Part shown: in pieces, positions 60,655-64,000 of the stretch | How the letters are laid out: the number at the start of each line of letters is the position of its first letter | Numbering within the stretch: position 1 is the first letter of the stretch | Source of the DNA: Lytechinus pictus | Taxonomy: Eukaryota | DNA: 64,000 bases | Direction of reading: 5' to 3' | Assembly (NCBI RefSeq): GCF_037042905.1 | Contig: NC_087248.1 | Coordinates: 13,578,001 to 13,642,000, forward strand | The notes under the pieces: generated by a model | What the model saw: the letters and a program-made list of their open reading frames with translations, nothing else | Databases searched by the model: none | Told to the model about the DNA's origin: nothing | Position numbers and translations under genes: made by a program

Positions 60655-63523
60655 ATGGTGGCTGGTTGTGGACCGAAGATCGCTAAACTCTTTTTGTTCA
60701 TCTTGAATTTCTGCCTTTGGGTGAGTATACCCAGATGAAATCATTGACTTTTTTACAATCATTTTTTTAAATGATTGTGTAGGACTATGTATAATAGTAA
60801 TTGTTCGCTTTATTAGGTTGTATTTTCCACTATTGGCGTTAAGGTCTTTGAATCATTAAGGTGGAATAATAGACCTCCATTTCTGGCTTTGATTGCATGA
60901 ATTATGCTAATCAAGGATTGTTTGATGTGTTTTGGTGACGTCATAGAATTTATGAACGATCACGAGGTCTATTTTTTAGTTTCACTTCCATCGTTTACCG
61001 AGTCACGAGGAACACTCTTCCAGCAGGACGTGCAAAAAAGCGCGTGGGTGTAAGTGCGTTCAGGTTGTGGCGGTGGGGTGAAACGGTGAATCCACCCCTT
61101 AATGAAGAGCTTTTCTGATGGTCTTTACCATTATATCCCTTACACTCCGGTTCGTTTTTTTTATTTTATTACAAAAAAACACTATATCTAACTTCAGCAG
61201 CACTATACATAGAACACATAGGTCTCTAAAACACACAGACCTACATGTACATATAATGGCAGGTTAGTCTTAACACACCTACTTATCTTGTAGGAAGGAA
61301 ACAGTAACTGTACAAAACACAGACAAACTTGAGATTTTTGTACAATACACTTTTGGTATCTTTGACAAATGTAAACTATTTCCCTTGTTTTATTATTTTT
61401 GACATAGGCTTTATACCCCCTACTGGACCCATCCCACCCACACTTTACCACACAATATTTGAAAGTGTTACGTTAAAGTTGAATCTCCAGAATATATGTG
61501 CGCACTTGTGTGTGACAGAGAGATTAAATACAACATAAAAAACAAAAAAAAATAAAAAACATAAAATCGATCTTAAATTTATAAAACATCTTAGAAATTA
61601 CATTGTCATTTGCCTTTATATCTCTATCACAAGAAAACTACCGGGAAGTAGACAATTGCATGGCCGTATGCATAATTTTTGTTCGGGGGGGGGGGGGGGG
61701 GCAAGACGCATAATAATGATTGAAACCCGAAAGCGAGGGAGTGAAGCAACCAAGCTTGTCATGGGGCGGTTTTGCATTTTCTTAAGTGGAATTGAAGGAT
61801 TTTCAAAATTTCCGGGGGGGGGGCTTGGTACGGTCATAGATAAGTGTGTACTTGGATACTTATGTAATGTAAATGTTATTTCAATGCTCTTTGTAGATTT
61901 GCAGTATTGCCCTGATCGCTGGAGGTGCTTATTTGACCGCTGAGTACAATCGCTATGTGGATCTCTTCTCAGAGGACACCATCCTGACTGTATCATGGAC
62001 GACAATCGGGATCGGGATCTTCATTTTCATTGTCGGGTTCGCGGGATGCTGCGGGGCCATCGGCGAGAACTCGTGTCTTCTGAAAATGGTAAGGGGCGTA
62101 ACCAATTCAAATAAAACAGACGCATAGTGATGACCCTGGTAATGGTGATGATGATGACAGTAATGATGATGATGATGGAGATGCTGATAATGAACACTGT
62201 GAATTATGGTGATGACGACGACGACGATGATGATGATGATGATGAAAATAATGATGAGGGTGATGATTGGNNNNNNNNNNNNNNNNNNNNNNNNNNNNNN
62301 NNNNNNNNNNNNNNNNNNNNNNNNNNNNNNNNNNNNNNNNNNNNNNNNNNNNNNNNNNNNNNNNNNNNNNNNNNNNNNNNNNNNNNNNNNNNNNNNNNNN
62401 NNNGGTGGTGATAATAATAATGATGATGATAAAGATGGTGGTGTTGATGGCAGTGGTGATGATGATGATGGTGTCAATGATGAAGATAATGATTATGGTG
62501 ATTAAAATGATCATGTTGATATTGTTATTTTTCATTTTGTTGTATTTTGTTAACCAGAAAAATGAATTAATCTAGATCTAATATAAATGGACTTGTATGA
62601 CGTCAGCAACATTTTGACAAGAGGAATTACATTTTTTTTTATTTGTTTTTTTCTCTCTGTTTACAGTATTTCATGTTTGTTCTCATCATCGTTCTTGCTG
62701 AGGCTGCCTTGGGAATACTGACATTTGTCTACAGTGATGATGTTAGTCTATTTATTCATTCATTTAAAGGGAAATCAAGTTTACCCGGTGTGAAGTTTGT
62801 TTGAATAAAAGCAGAAAAACAGAGACGTATTGATGAGGAATTTCTAAAAATCCACCAGAGATTAGCCGCGTTAGGTTTCTTCATAATTGTTGCTTTGGTG
62901 ACGTCATATACGAGTAGCTCCGCCCTAGGTAGCGTCATATAAATTCTATAAAAGGCAATTTTCTCAGAGAATTAAGAATGAATACACTTGTGCATCCATT
63001 ATTTATCATATGGCTCTTCATTCAAATCCAGGTTCCAGAAGAAAACAAAAAAATAAGTCATCGCAAAGCATTAAAAAATGGAAATTTAAGGAATTTATAT
63101 TCAATGGTAATATTGACCAACAGGACTAATTAAATTTGTAAAAATTTTAATAGTGAATTGTTTGAGACAGGCAGAGAATAAAAAGAAGAAGAAACCTGGG
63201 GCGAAGAGAAAAATATTATAGACATTATAAATAACCCTCTTTTCTGGGGATTTATTACAATTCCTGGCATTTTACTATGTAATGGGGAGTGTAGCCAACG
63301 TAGTTAGGCGGAGCAACAACCTTTTGATATAGTTAATGGGTCATCCTCCCAATGTAATGGATTTCCATGTATTGCAAGTTGTGAAAGGTGTGTAATTTAT
63401 CCATCGTTCATTGTCATATTACAGATTGAGCAGAGTTTGGAAGATGGTATGCTGCAATCAATAAACGAAACCTATGGTCTAAAGGAAGGTGCTACGGCAG
63501 CTGTAGATGACATCCAAAGATTG
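60655..63523 (+). CDS. Tetraspanin (CD63/TSPAN-type exon layout), first four coding exons; continues beyond the right edge
   Basis: Exons 60655-60720 (MVAGCGPKIAKLFLFILNFCLW), 61897-62088 (..IFIFIVGFAGCCGAIGENSCLLKM), 62667-62741 (YFMFVLIIVLAEAALGILTFVYSDD), 63425-63523 (..AVDDIQRL). All are phase 0 with canonical splice sites, and the tetraspanin GFxGCCGA..EN.C.L signature is present. Confidence 0.92.
62127..62520. repeat. (GAT)n microsatellite containing an assembly gap (N 62271-62403) in tetraspanin intron 2
   Basis: Direct reading; 133 Ns. Confidence 0.95.
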
Positions 63524-64000
63524 GTAAGACGAACATGTTTTTAAAATTATGTATGGCCCCTTTAAAATATGAGGAATTTAACGTTACAGGACGTGAATGT
63601 TCCCAGGAACACCAAACATTAAATAGAATTTCAATATATAATTTTATGGAGCATATATACCTATACAGGTAATGTATGAAATGCAAGTTATTAGAGGGTT
63701 GTGATGTCTCCTTCTCCTCACCGAACCAACACAATTTAGTTATATGAACGCCATGAAATGCACTTCAAACCATCGTTGCCTCATGCATTGAAGAGGAACG
63801 GTTGTTCAATAGTTGAAAAGAAGAATTTGGCTTTATCAGGAAGATTCCCGTCCTGTAATTTATACGATTAAGTCCCCAATAGCTACTTTCATTTGCCATC
63901 TACATGTATGCCAGGACTAATATCCAAACAATAGTGATGCTGGTGATAGACCGTAATCATATTGGTGGTGGTGGTGATGATGATGATGTTGATGAAGATG

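Overview
AT-rich, intron-rich animal genomic DNA. An invertebrate deuterostome such as a sea urchin is inferred from the repeat families and gene style, but this is not proven. Reading splice sites by hand gives five protein-coding genes and one tRNA. (1) A lebercilin/LCA5-like ciliary gene on the minus strand, with exons from 9000 down to 662 and probably continuing off the left edge. (2, 3) A tandem pair of compact CNNM/DUF21+CBS Mg2+-transporter-family genes on the plus strand (12108-24692, 454 aa; 28666-35187, 425 aa) with matching intron positions and phases. (4) An intronless RING-Bbox-Bbox-coiled-coil-NHL-like TRIM E3 ligase (48676-50760, minus). (5) The first four coding exons of a tetraspanin (60655 onward, plus). 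A tRNA-Ile(AAT) lies at 36888-36960. The rest is introns and intergenic DNA holding non-autonomous DNA transposons, tRNA-derived SINEs, a decayed LINE RT, local duplications, microsatellites and one N gap. The most interesting system is the CNNM pair. Both lack the Ig-like ectodomain and CNBH domain of typical animal CNNMs, both end in an acidic dileucine endolysosomal sorting motif, and both have a degenerate Mg-ATP site. The second copy also has GE->NK at the Mg2+-binding site and a CAGTAG tandem acceptor whose proximal AG inserts a stop codon. This suggests an active organellar transporter plus a regulated pseudo-transporter partner (inference). The CNNM and LCA5 5' ends also appear to overlap head-to-head in one CpG-rich promoter.
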